Part shown: positions 1-13,032 of the stretch, piece after piece
Position numbering within the stretch: position 1 is the first letter of the stretch
Layout: every line of letters begins with the position of its first letter
Origin: Pecten maximus
Taxonomy: Eukaryota
Direction: 5' to 3'
Length of the DNA stretch: 64,000 bases
NCBI RefSeq assembly: GCF_902652985.1
Contig: NC_047023.1
Location: 22,940,001-23,004,000, forward strand
The notes under the pieces: model-generated
What the model was told of the DNA's origin: nothing
What the model saw: the letters and a program-made list of their open reading frames with translations, nothing else
Database searches by the model: none
Translations under genes and position numbers: made by a program

Positions 1-2619
1 AAGAACACAAAACCCTCAATCATGGAATCGATAAAGCAGTAACCTCAACACATAAATCCACAAAATATCGACATTGTGTCACAAATTGTCCAAGACATAA
101 ACATATGTTATCAAGCCTTCATAACTTGTACAGGTGTATAAAAGATACGTGAAATACAACAGCGAGGATTTTAACAGGTACCCGGTGATCTGATAAGATA
201 TTCAAGCTTTACATTAGGTGATTATTTTAAATCAATCCCTCGTTTATGGTTGCGGATTCATTAGCCATAACAAATCGAAGACCGATAACATAACAATATG
301 TCTGGTTCAATAAACCACCAGGTCGAAGTCGTCATCGGGCCGTGTTAACATTTATAGGCCTGATAACCCTATTAACTGTTGAAAGAAATTTCACGTATAT
401 TCTATATAATAATAGTTTTTAAGAAATATGATTCCTCGTCTTTGTAACTTTTACCTATCTGCATGTGATAGGATTTAAAGCGCCCACTAATATCAAGCTT
501 TTGGATTGATTTTAATATTGTTAACACAGGTAAATAATACATATGTACAAACACTGACAGCTATCTACTGCTTGCGACTTACCAGTGTCATGCACATTGA
601 TTTTAAAATATCTTAATTTACCGAAATATTTTGTGTCCAACCATGCCGCGATTGTATCGAAAATCAATACATCTGTATGAACACTGATTTTAACACCTGA
701 TGCGCTCGAGACGACGACGAAGTAGGGATTCGTTGTTTGCGTAAGTGGTTTAACTGCTGACTGTGACAATGGTAAAACAGCTTTTTCTCACACTCAAACA
801 TTCCGAAAGGTGTTTGCAAGGTCGCCATGTCAAATGCTTCTCAAAAAAAGATGGCTTTGTTAACTGGCACCTGCATTATAGACGAGAAACCAGGAGTGGT
901 AGACAGTACCATTTGAGCCGTATTGACAGGAAACTGAATCAAATATTTATCAAAAATGAATAGTATAAAAGGATTTCTTATGTTCTTACATAAAAGATAA
1001 TCACGTATTTAATCAAATATTTTTGCCGAACTGCTACTGCTACAGATCGATAGACGAACTGACGTGGAAAGACATTGTAAAATAATAATGTAAAACTAAC
1101 CTAACATCTACATAACAGCCTCATCTGTCAGTAAACCATCGTTACACTGACATAGCTTATCAGAAAATTTCGTTATACTGTCATTTTGCATCAATGAACC
1201 ATAATTATACTGTCATCGCTTGTCAGAAGACATCGCTATACTGCCATCGTGTATCTGTTAACCTTAGTTATACTGCCATTCTTTGTCGGTTCAACCACCT
1301 TTTAATGCCATCGTTTGTACATGTAGGTAAAACCTCGTTATATTACAATCGCTTTTCAGTAAAACAATTCTACAGCTATAACCTCGCTAAACTGCTATGA
1401 GTTGCCCCGTAATACATTTTCATATTTTCGTTACTTGTCCAGTAAAACTTTCCTTCACTGCCACCGTTGGTAGAGCTGTAAAAGGGGCTGCCATATCGAA
1501 GGAGGCATATTGATGAAAATTGACATCGACTTACAATTAGCTTGGTAATTATGTGACGGAATTTCACTATATGTATGGAATCTTATTTCAGTTAGTATCT
1601 TGATATATATCAACAAATATATCATATTTTCTATTTTAAGCTGGTCGCTGGCGAACTAAAATGGAAATGTGGAGCAACTATTTTCAAAAATGCGGATGAA
1701 ATGCGAACGAATAAAGAACACGCTTTTCATAACCAAGTCCACTGGGATAACCCTTTGCTTGAACACGACTACTTTAAAGTTTATTAATGTTATGCTCAGT
1801 TCCGTAATGTTCATTTAGTGATTTGCACGAGTTAATGCGTTTTAATAAAATTATTCGAAGGAAAATGCCACTCTACACACTGTTGGGCTATAGTGCCAAA
1901 AACGACACAATTTGTTTTAAAGTACATTGGTATAAGACTGCCATTAAGTTGTCTTGATGAATAACTGTCTTGATTAGCTAAACAATAAGTGGCTTTGTTG
2001 TCACTCACCCTTCATATTACCACTTATCAAGCTGGACTATTATCAGCCAAGTGATATTTCCAATGATAAATCAAATATGTGACCGATACACCAGGTAGGT
2101 ATCGTTAGGATCTATATGTAACTTAAAATTCATACTTTGATATATCACTGCTATATGAACAAGTATTCGACGTTGATATCTTTACTTGATATTGCATAAT
2201 CATGAAAGTCACAAGAAATGATTCGTCACCCAAAAAATACAAAAGATGCAGTAACCGTATAACCGAATGATTTCAAAAATTATAAAGGTAGTTTTCAATT
2301 AATCAAGATACAAGCTATATATACAAAGGGTGCATTTAAATCATGAATATTGCACAATTTCCTCGTGTAATATAGATATACGGTGTACTTTTCTTTGTAT
2401 ATATTTATTAACTTAAAATTAAATACAAGTGCAAAAAGTGCGTATGTAAATATATCGTTGAAGATTCAGATTACCTCATTTGTAATACTCAACCTGTCTT
2501 GACCGACCTACATGCAATCAGATTTTTTTTAAAACAACAAATAATACCTACATCATAACGAATCTATAATTCAAACTCAAAATTGATTATAGTGAGTTGC
2601 ATGGAGACTCATGAACAAG

Positions 2620-2992
2620 AATAAGTCTGGATGTTCCGGAAGAGTAAGCGACTTTTGTTTCATTGACGACACCCGCCATATAAATCTAGATCAAATCCAG
2701 GTCAAAATTTCTAATGAGAGCTAGGGACCACTAGGCATATCAACACGTCTGACGTCATACCGCATCCAAATAGAATATTTCTAAATGAGATTTTGATGTC
2801 GACCATAACACTTTCCCATTGTCGCCATCAACACTCATCTCTCGAAACCTTATTAATTTCTCCGTCAGTAATGGACATCTATCATGGAAATCGGGATAAT
2901 GCGAACAAGCCCTTGAATATTGAATCAGCTGAGACACCGTAGCTAGGGGCTGCAGGAATGTTACTATCTAGAAAGGGGAAATTAACAATTGA
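2620..2992 (-). mobile_element. Degraded Penelope-like (PLE) retroelement RT C-terminal fragment
   Basis: Minus strand reads IVNFPFLDSNIPAAPSYGV, then after a frameshift SQLIQYSRACSHYPDFHDR. This matches the IVNFPFLxSNIPxAPAYGVYISQLIRYSRAC motif of invertebrate PLE RTs. A ccggaagagtaagcg motif at ~2636 recurs at ~62937. Confidence 0.75.
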
Positions 2993-4019
2993 AACTTGAA
3001 TTGAAATTGAAACATGAAACAATCTGTCTTATCCGGATAATGATATAAAAACCAATGCAGTTCTAAGCCAACTTGTGTATTTAATGCTCCGTGAAAAATG
3101 GACATTGTAAACAACAATAAAAAATTAAAATATCCATTACCTGTTCATCAGATTATAATTCCTATAACGTTATAATCTAAACCGTGTTTGCTTTTATCTT
3201 GTCGTGTTTCACACCTAAAAAATTATTTCAAATTCATTATAGACATCATCAGTCCTCGTCAAAAGTGTGCCAAGTGGCTGCCATTTTGATTTGATGATCT
3301 GATCCTACACCCATGATTCATGAAAAGATAGTGTTCTGTCGCCATGTCAAGCTACTTACAGCTGTTAAATTTGCTTTGATATTTGAGCCATTCTATCTGA
3401 CTTATTCATGTTAAACATTTGGATCGAAGCTATAATATTGTATAATGAACATTGAAGTGCTTAAATAAAAAGAAACTGCAACTTACTGCTCTCATTTCAA
3501 ACAAATCCCGGTCCGGTTACAAAATGGAGGTTAAATCCCTAGACACTGTCATCGTACAACTCCCTGTACTATCACAGGGTGTCATGTTAACATGATAAAC
3601 CAGTCACACAACAGTCCAATAAATGTAGTGTAGGGGTATTTATTGTGTCGTAAAAGGAATTAAAATTTAGTTCATGTACGAATGAATCCTGGATTGCATT
3701 TAAATGGACGTTATCATTATCATTGATTTAATTTTCTCTTTAAACAGAATTTGATAACGCCTAAATTATTTCGTTAACTCATATTATGTTTTTTTTTCTT
3801 GATTACAGCTTATTATTGTCATAGTGTTTTGAGTACATTCGACTTTGATCTTTCAAGGGATAACAAGTTATATATATATATATAGCGAAGTGATATTTAT
3901 ATTTATTTAATTTGAAAGAAGTAGGTTTCTTGATAGACATACTTAGTTCTTACAAAAATATGCATACAGATTTAAACTTGTTCTGTAATAATATAGGAAT
4001 CCGATCAGGCTAAGTCTAT

Positions 4020-4660
4020 TGTAGTAATAAATACATATCCTCATCCGACATACACCTTACTACAGATACGTAACTTGTCTAACAATAAGGTAGTAATAGA
4101 TATGTAGCCTCATCAGACTTACACCTTACTGCAGATACATAACATTGTCTTACACAAAGGTAGTAACAAATACGTATCCTCATCAGACATACACCTTAAT
4201 ACAGATACGTAACTCGTCATACACACAGATAGCAATAAATATGTAGCCTCATCAGACATACACCTTACTGCAGATACGTAACATGTCTTACACAAAGGTA
4301 GTAACAAATACGTATCCTCATCAGACATACACCTTAATACAGATACGTAACTCGTCATACACACAGATAGCAATAATACGTATCCTCATCAGACATACAC
4401 CTTACTACAGATACGTAACTTGTCTTACACAAAGGTAGTAAAAAATATGTAGCCTCATCAGACATACACCTTACTATAAATACGTTACTTGTCTTACACA
4501 AAGTAGTAAAAAATACGCACCTTATCCGACATACACCTTACTGCAGATACGTAACATGTCTTACACAAAGGTAGTAATAAATATGTAGCCTCATCAGACA
4601 TACACCTTACTATAAATACGTAACTTGTCTTACACAAAGGTAGTAAAAAATACGTATACT
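4020..4660. repeat. Minisatellite, ~69-bp unit, ~9 copies, partial dimeric higher-order structure
   Basis: cctcatcagacatacacc recurs at 4178, 4247, 4316, 4384 and onward; alternating unit variants. Confidence 0.92.
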
Positions 4661-7600
4661 ATTATATTGAGACTTAAATCTTACTACAAATGCTTATTCC
4701 ATCACACATGCAATCAGTAACAAATACGTATTCAATCGTAAACACACTTAGTATCGTATATACACTTAGTAACACGAATGTATTCCATCAAATACACAGT
4801 AACATATACGTATCCCATCATATATACATTTGTAGATAGTAATATATTACGTACAGCTAGTAACCAACATAGGTGTACAACATAAAGGTACACAGACTAG
4901 GTGTGTTACAATGCAGTAGCAAATTTCATTTCACCTGGAAAGTAATTCACTGTCATGTCAATAATAATCCACATAGTTTCAACCAATCGGTTTAAATATT
5001 TTGTTCTTTTCCAGATAAACAAAAAAGTATCAGAACTGAAAGGATATTTCATAATCATTGTTTGTTAAACGTTTGTTTCCAGTTCGAATACGGTATCGTA
5101 TTAACGATGTTACTTGAAGCAAACAATTTAGAAATATCGTTATATCTTAATGCTAAAATGTAATTGGAAAATGACCAAAGGAAAATGCATAATTATGAAA
5201 GAATACAAAATTAAGTGTCCTTACCTTGTTTGACTCGCCAACATACTCCCTGCTATTCCAAATCCATGTACTTCTTTAAGGTGATTTTGGTTAGCAATAC
5301 AATACTAACTGTCTTTAGACCATAGGCGTGTGATATTAATATATACCAAAACACCGTGAATACGCCAGGTCGATCGACAAGTCGTACTCGATTAAATGTA
5401 TTGTTGTATTTTATGTACCCTGTTCAGATACAGAATAATTTTCATTAAATTATTTCTTTGGTAAGTATAACAAAGTTGGGGGTTCTGTGGCCTAAAGAGG
5501 ACTGGTTGTCCCGGTATACGATATAATTGCTTCCTTTTGATACATTCAGCTAAAACGGTTTTGATTAATTTTGAAGGTTAACTGATGTGTAGAAATATTT
5601 ACTTTTAATTGAGGTTACAATACTAGGTAGCAAGCGTGCAACGATGTCTCAGCTGTATGGTTCAATTATCAGTATAATCGACCGATCAACTTATATACAG
5701 AAAACGTTTCCTTATATACACCTATTGTTCCTATATAAACAATAGAACAGGTGTTGTACCTGGTTAATTGGATTTTTTGAAAATTGGGTCGAATATAGAA
5801 TGGTTCATTGAATGCTTAGAGTGATATCATATGACCTTTAAACTTTAGTAACTATCTATATCTCCTTAAAATATTAGTACAACATATATTATGAGGTTTT
5901 CATTATCATAACCAATCGGAAAATAGCATATATACTGCGTTCCTGACACAAAAGTCTGGTTTCCTTATTTGATACATACGCTTACTAAAGTTAAAATAAT
6001 TTGCAAATGAATGTTCAAACATTCCCCGAGAAAATGGTCATTATTTGCTCTGAAGTGACCCTGTATGCATGCATTACAGTTAAACTAAAATTGTTAGTAA
6101 GTTAGTGGATTCTTCCTCCCAGTAAAAGTCAGTATTAATAGTCACTGTGAATGTTAAAACAATATCATTTTTTTGAATGTGGATAGTCTGACCTAAAAAT
6201 ATCTCTTTTGTATCATTTCATATGAGATTTTCTGAAAATCTCAACAATTCTCGAAAAAATAAAAACTCCTTAGACTTGTTTTATAAGATCTCTTATGAAA
6301 TGAAAGCTCATTTAAGATTCAATTTGTATCAGGTCTCCTATATTATGATACATTACCTACTTGACCCTGCTTTCCTATTTCTTAACTTTTAAATAACCTA
6401 GACATTGTTTCATACCTGTTGACAAATCAAGTTGATAATTGTTTACCAATAATTAGCTTTGCCAGGAATTCCTACATTTTACCTGAGGCATGACTACCTA
6501 CCTGAGAGATGTCAATATACAAAAGAGAGACTAGAAATAAAATCGTCAATGTACGCTAGAAAGATTAGATATAAAATCACGTATCACGTTTCTTGAATAA
6601 CAATGCTATTACATAATGATAAAAAGACGATATTCCTACGAAGAATATGATAAATTAATGAAGATAGAGTGTAATTCACTGATTGTTTTTTGGTGTGTTT
6701 TTTCATGTTACTGTTGTTTTCTAGAGGGTGACGCTTTATCACTGAGTAGATAACATATATCAAACAGAAATATAAGACATTAAAACATGTAATTAACAAT
6801 GTTGATATAAACAGGATTTCTTGTTTTATAGGGAAATCGAGATTTGCTTTCAAGATACACTGATCTTATCAGAAAATAAACAACAATAACATTAAATGGA
6901 AATTAATCAGAATTTGTCAGCAAATCAATATCCGTGTTTGTACACGTCAACATGTTTACAGGTAGAAGTGGGCGTGCGGAGATGGCGTCTATTTCACATT
7001 AATCACGTGATAGATCGTGATATCGGATCCCTCTCCAGGCATTGTCGACACACTACAAGTAAACAAGCAACGTAAAACAGTAAACATCTACGATACCGAT
7101 ATTGTTTTCGTTCACGAGATGAAAGGTAACACAAAGTACGCTGAAGCATGGTATTATCCCTGTTTTCACTTCTGACATTACGGTAAACACTGTATATTGT
7201 GCAACATATTGTATCCTGTCCTACTAGTCGATATACAAACAGATTTATCGGTACAAAGTACAGTTCAAGCTCAAAAGTATGTGCAATCGTTTAACATATG
7301 TACGCCAATATCTACGTCAGTATGAACCAATGCATAGAAGCTAAATATCAATCACTTAATAAAGGTATTTTATTATAACAACTTTCTTGTATAAATTAAA
7401 TCAAATATACGTTTTATAGTTTTTAGTTTAATACCTATTTTTGATTAATATATAATGTAATGCCTAAGTTTGTTTGTTTGTTGTTTTTTTTCTTTTATTT
7501 TTGTTATTGTTTTTTGAGGTTTTTTGTTTTTTGTTTTTTTTTTCGAACTCATTTCCGTTTTTAATATTTGTGCAATCATCACTTGAAATCGTTTCGTATC

Positions 7601-7727
7601 ATGCACATTATACATGTGATTCGCGATAGAATTACGTATATACTTACGAACAATAAACCTGTGAGGTGTACTAGAATTATGTTATGTCCTTCTTACCATG
7701 TTTTGGCTGATATTTGTGTTAAAGTAA

Positions 7728-7900
7728 ATGCTATATACTACCTTAAACAGTATACATATGCTTTGTGTTAGAGTTAAGGTTACATGCTACCTTAAACATC
7801 ATGGATGTGATTTGTGCTAGAGTTAAGGTTATATGCTACCTTAAACATCATGGATGTGATTTGTGTCAGACTCTAGAATAAATGCTACCTTAAACATTAA
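7728..7900. repeat. Short tandem repeat, ~49-bp unit, 3-4 copies
   Basis: gagttaaggtta(c/t)atgctaccttaaacatcatggatgtgatttgtg at 7771 and 7820, with degenerate flanking copies. Confidence 0.8.
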
Positions 7901-8043
7901 ACCTGAGATTTGTGCTTAAATTGGTTAAAGAAGAAAAGATGCAATCTAACGTGTTCTATTCGTAATTTGGTTTTAATCGTTAGTGGGTTTTTTTTATCAA
8001 TCGTATTTAATTATTTAAATAATTCATTATTTTTGTTCTTATC

Positions 8044-8267
8044 GGGGGCCGCGGTGGCCGAGTGGTTAAGGTGTCCCGACACTTTATCACTAGCCCTCCA
8101 CCTCTCGGTTGAGTGTTCGAAAACTACGCGAGGCAGTTGCCAGGTACTGACCGTAGGTCGGTGGTTTTTCTCCGGGTACTCCGGCTTTTCTCCACCTCCA
8201 AAACCTTGCACGTCCTTAAATGACCCTGGCTGTTAATAGGACGCTAAACAAAAAACAAACAAACAAA
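8044..8267 (+). mobile_element. tRNA-derived SINE with V-domain-like centre, full length
   Basis: Pol III A box (tggccgagtgg) and B box (gttcgaaa); central ttttctccgggtactccggcttt motif; (AAAC)n tail; near-perfect TSD ttgttct(t/a)atc at 8033-8043 and 8268-8278. Five more copies occur in the window. Confidence 0.9.
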
Positions 8268-10005
8268 TTGTTCTAATCAATCAATGAACTAGACACGTCG
8301 ATTTGTCTACAATAGTTTATGAGAGCTACAATCTGAACCTTTATTTGTTATAATGAAAATCGCATAACAGACGTCATCATTCCTGTCAAGGACATTAAAA
8401 ACATCAATATGTCTGTCATATTTTTTCTTCAGCTCTGCCTGTGACGTAATTGGAACGTGCTTCTCAATCTTGTTTTGAAAAGGTTATTTGAAAAGTATGT
8501 AATTCACCAAGGCGGCCAGAAAACAACCCGACAAGTCACATAAAAACGGTCTGGCCTTCATTCTTATCCTTAAACTTAGTTAATACTTATCCAGTAATTG
8601 GTACAATCAGGTGATCCTTATAAAGAAAATCAAGGTATTAACTGTTTGTAACGAAAATATCAGCAGAAATGCGTCAAACTGGTGGTATAAGTGAAATGAA
8701 ATACTGTTGCTTATAAACTGCCCACGTTAATTCAATAGGTTTCTTGTCAGCTCCAGAAAAGGTTTAATTTTCAGATAAAATATTTCAACGTGATAATTTG
8801 GCATGCTGTCATGTCTCTTGAGTTTTGAAGACGAAACTAATTGGCATTGCGTTATTGTCGACTCGTTGCAACAATAATATGTCGGGTGTTATTACGTCAT
8901 TGCAGCATCGAATTACACTGTATTGTATTCGTACGTTAAATGCTGACAAATGTGGCAATTTACTCATATTATAATTGAAAACATATATGTTTAAGGTTTC
9001 GAATAAAAGATAATAATCAGTAGATTGGACATTTTCCTTGTGTCAATGTGATGACTATCATATTGCTGTCTTGACTAATTTTTAAATGAATCAAAATACA
9101 GTTGAAATATATTTAATTACTTTTATTGGATAATTACCCTTCTGAATCATATTTTGTTAGCAGTAGAAAAATTAATACTTTCAATAAAAATCTCGAAATG
9201 TATCATCTTCAATAGTGTTGATTTATGTTTTATTTGGTAGGGTCAGTAAGAGCATATGCGACAACCCCACAAGATCGGGGTATGAATCAATACTGGTCGA
9301 TGTATTTATGAGTACGAAGCCCGTTCATTCCCATACATTACACCATACAGGGCAATATACGGAACGACCTGTGATAACAGTCACCATGCACTACATCAGG
9401 GTTATAACGTACTGACCGAGTTAAATCCCGATACTATCACGTTAATTTCATTTACTCCTACATTCAAATTTGGTTTTGAATCGCTCCAAAACAAATTGTA
9501 TGTCAAAGAAAAGACGAGGGGTTGTACATGTATGTAAACATCCCCATTGAGGTCTGTGGGCGGTTTTTGTGAAGGTCTTTCCCATTTTACTCATCAAACA
9601 AGTATGTTTTTATGGCCATGTAACACAAAGGAAATTGATTTTTCAAAAGACATACAGGAAATTAGTACTTTTAGATATAAATTCAAATATATATATACAA
9701 CACATGCTTAACAATGACCAGTATTACGTCATACTACATTTGCATCCTTGAATGAATCGTTAGTGAACGTATACAAATTAGGAATTAAAAGCAATAGATT
9801 ATTGATTTGCAATTAAAATATTTCGGTATCATAATGGAAAAATCATATGAATATAATAGTGTTTAAAGGCATATATTCTGTATAGTTGTCTGTCTTTTAA
9901 ACTTCTTTTAATATCGTTTTCTGGACTAATGTGATATTGTACATTAAGACTGTATACTTCATTTTTTGTCTATCTACGCTTCGAATTGTCTTGTTACACG
10001 ATCAG

Positions 10006-10418
10006 TGTCCCTAGCATCACTGATGAGTCCTTAAAATTGGAATACAGTATGGATGGCGGAACTATGATGTTGCTGGCATCACTGACGAGTCCTGAATGAC
10101 GAAACAACTGTATGATTTCATGGCAGCATTGAAGAGTTCTGAAGGCCGAAACAGCAGTATGATATTCCTAACATCACTAAAGAGTCACTAAAATAGGAAT
10201 ACGGTTTGAAAAAAACCTATGATGTCCCTAGCATTACTGATTAAGTCCTGAAATGACAAAATATCTGTAAGATGTCGCTAGCATCACTGACGAGTCCTTG
10301 AATGACGAAACAGCTGTTTGATGTCCCTAGCATTAATGACGATTCCCACAAGGACGGAACAGTTGTACGATGTCCCTAGCATCACATCACTGACGAGTCC
10401 TGTATGACTGTATGATGC
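10006..10418 (+). ncRNA. Tandem array of ~8 minimal type I hammerhead ribozyme motifs (47-62 bp units)
   Basis: Best copy 10281-10324: gcatca-CTGACGA-gtc/cttgaat/gac-GAAA-ca/gc/tg-TT-tgatgt (stem I, core, stem II, GAAA, minimal palindromic stem III, GUH site, stem I'). A second intact core lies at 10076-10116. The other units are degenerate. Confidence 0.8.
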
Positions 10419-11884
10419 ATATCCTTAATTAATGAATCCGTATATACTATATCTATATTCATATGCTCCCTTCAATTAATAAAATCCTCCGATGTGTGAA
10501 CAATCAATAACATCACTTTGTCAGTGCATTTTCACAAAGTGATCTTGTTCTAAAGAAGAAAACAAAAAAAGTGTTTTTTAATAATCTTCCATGTTATTGA
10601 AAACGAATATAGAGACAGTTTTTTTTTACAATTACTAAGGAGGTATGACAATTATTCACCACAAAATTGTCTTCAACGCCGGCTTTTTTAAGTCGTTCAA
10701 AAAATTTTAAACATGAACGCTGGAAATAGCAACATGCAGTTTTTTATAACATTGTATAAAGATTCCCAGTTTCAGATCATGACTTTGCGATGTGATATTT
10801 ACTGAAGTATGTACAACAATGCTGTCACATCCCCGCTTGTTTTTAAAATGAGACGAATTCGTTTCAGTAGTTCTAGAATCCTATAAAATATATTATGTGT
10901 GCAATGAAATATTCTTTAAAATGAATTAAAATGTTGAAAAGGAGAAAAACAAATAAACGAACACACAAAAATTGAGTACGGGTTATATTTTTATTATGAT
11001 CGGTGGAGTATAATCGCTACATTTTATTCACAAGCACTAGAATACGATAGATAACGAAGTAAAATGATTAATTATATAACAAGCGTCCTATGATATCATT
11101 CCTTTTAAACAATGAAACAAGATTAACCTAAGGTAAAATATACGTTGATTTACGTTGGGTAAGATACTGTAATTTAAGTAAGACCCAATTAGTTAAGGTC
11201 AGGCCATACTAGATAAAAAGTTTAAGATGTTTTAAGTCAGACAAATCGAAGTAAGATAATTTAGTTTGGCTAAGAGAAGTAATATAATTAAGTCGGACAA
11301 AGTTTTAGCCTTGCTCTAGCTAAGAGAGGTGAGATAATAAAATATTGCAAGAACGGTAAGATAATTAAGTCAAAGAAAAACAGAGAAAAATACTAAAGAC
11401 AGATTCAGAAACAAGGAATCAAAAAGTTAAATTCGTTATTCATTCATATCTTAACACATCAATAAGATATCAGAAAAAAATTAACTTGCTATTTAATTTC
11501 TTCACAAACTAGTACTCAAATCGCTTCTTTGATTATTAACACCAACGAACTTCAATAAAACAGTTTATGGTTAAATTTTATCAATTTACTTATTCGTAAC
11601 ATATAACCTCGTGGATTAAGATTGAACACCAAAAAAAATTATAATAAAACCATCACGAAAATTAACAATTTTACATTACATGTTTACTCTTAAAGTATTA
11701 ATTAGAATAATGATATACAACATTTATATACCGCACAATCCAATTTACAAACTTACTCCTATGCATTCTTCTTTACATAATAAAATTGAAATTGTTTTCA
11801 ATTGTTACACAATGTATAGAACATAGCTTATATAACATATATTCACTCGACTAATACGATGATAACGTGTGCAGGACGTTTGCG

Positions 11885-12120
11885 AAAGACTCTAAAAAGC
11901 AATCGTTAACGGGTGCGTTTTAACATCCTTCTTGAATTTGGTAAGAGTTTTCTACTTCCTGGTAGCAAATGGTAAGCTGTATCACAAAGTGGCCGCTATT
12001 TTTCCGAAGCAGTGGTTACCATAAGTCAGAGTACGATAGTTTAGAACGCATAACAAGGATTCTGTCTCCGACCGTAGTGATCGTGACGGCTGGTAGAGAG
12101 TGACAAGTTCCTGTACGTAC
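11885..12120 (-). mobile_element. Degraded L2-clade LINE ORF2 3' fragment
   Basis: Minus-strand translation YVQELVTLYQPSRSLRSETESLL...TYGNHCF...L*YSLP...FKKDVKTH matches the L2 C-terminal pattern YxPxRxLRS...GxRxF...LWNxLP...FKxxLKT; in-frame stops present. Confidence 0.75.
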
Positions 12121-12579
12121 TAAATATAGTAACCATTTGCATAGTGATTCTGCTTGTATCTTTTTAAACACATAAATGTAGTACAGAATATTTTTATGAA
12201 TGAATCAGGCACAATATTTTCAAAGCATACAATCACTCAAGTGGTTTGAATAAAATCAGTTTAATATTATTTTAAGACATTTCGCAGATATTTTGTCTTT
12301 GGTCAGTAAAACCAAAAAGACCATACATGTTTTATTATAAAATGGTAATTAATAACATTAGTGAATGTAAGCATATGTTCACTGAAAGGAACTCCAACGA
12401 GAATAAATATTTACTGACAAAGACGGCTACAAATGAAAAATATACCTTTAAAACACTCCCCACTCCATTTCATATACATTTAAAGTATAAATTTATAGAT
12501 AACATAATCCTTACTTGTCTGGAATTGTCTCCGTTATAAATGTGCACAAGACATCAGACATTGTTGGACAATGCTAAGG

Positions 12580-12789
12580 CATATGGAGTTCGACATCGGA
12601 CCGAGAAGGACCACCTAGCCGCGCCCAAGTCCGTCCCAGGGAGCTGTCAAGCCCTGTGGGCGTACCGGATAGATAGAACAAGTCTCACCTTAGGAGGATA
12701 CATGCACTGTAGGTACCCGACCACCAGCCCCTCACGTCGCCTTAAAACAGCACACGCAGTGGAAGGAGACGTAAAACCAGTCAACCAAC
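12580..12789 (+). mobile_element. 210-bp retroposed insertion (5'-truncated SINE or LINE tail)
   Basis: Exact 11-bp TSD caatgctaagg at 12569-12579 and 12790-12800; ends gacgtaaaaccagtc(aacc)n; the paralogous site near 16408 is empty. Confidence 0.88.
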
Positions 12790-13032
12790 CAATGCTAAGG
12801 GAAAGTAATTCATAAAATGAAATCTATTTTTAGAGGCATCAAATCAATTATCTTTTATGGTGTAGTCTTTCATTACGACAGGTCGTTATTGTTTGACAGG
12901 GAGTCGTGTGACGTTATTTCAGCCAATCAGAATTTGTCATCACATATCAGACAATGTCTTCTTCATAAAACTATTGATGTTAAAGAGGTAAGTCTTTAGA
13001 AGTGTGATAAGTTATTGACACTGATCAAAACA

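Noticed and set aside
4020-4660. CTGATGAG in each 69-bp unit on the minus strand, suggesting a second hammerhead array
   Set aside because: No GAAA core or stem II/III at the required spacing; treated as a plain minisatellite.
5220-5330. Possible small minus-strand exons ending in GTAAG donors (also ~60382-60530)
   Set aside because: Donor-like motifs only; no matching acceptor or coding partner identifiable in the window.
8044-8125. tRNA genes at SINE heads (also 43084, 44094, 53291, 63219)
   Set aside because: A and B boxes are present, but the heads run into SINE bodies and tails, often with TSDs, and no complete cloverleaf is evident.
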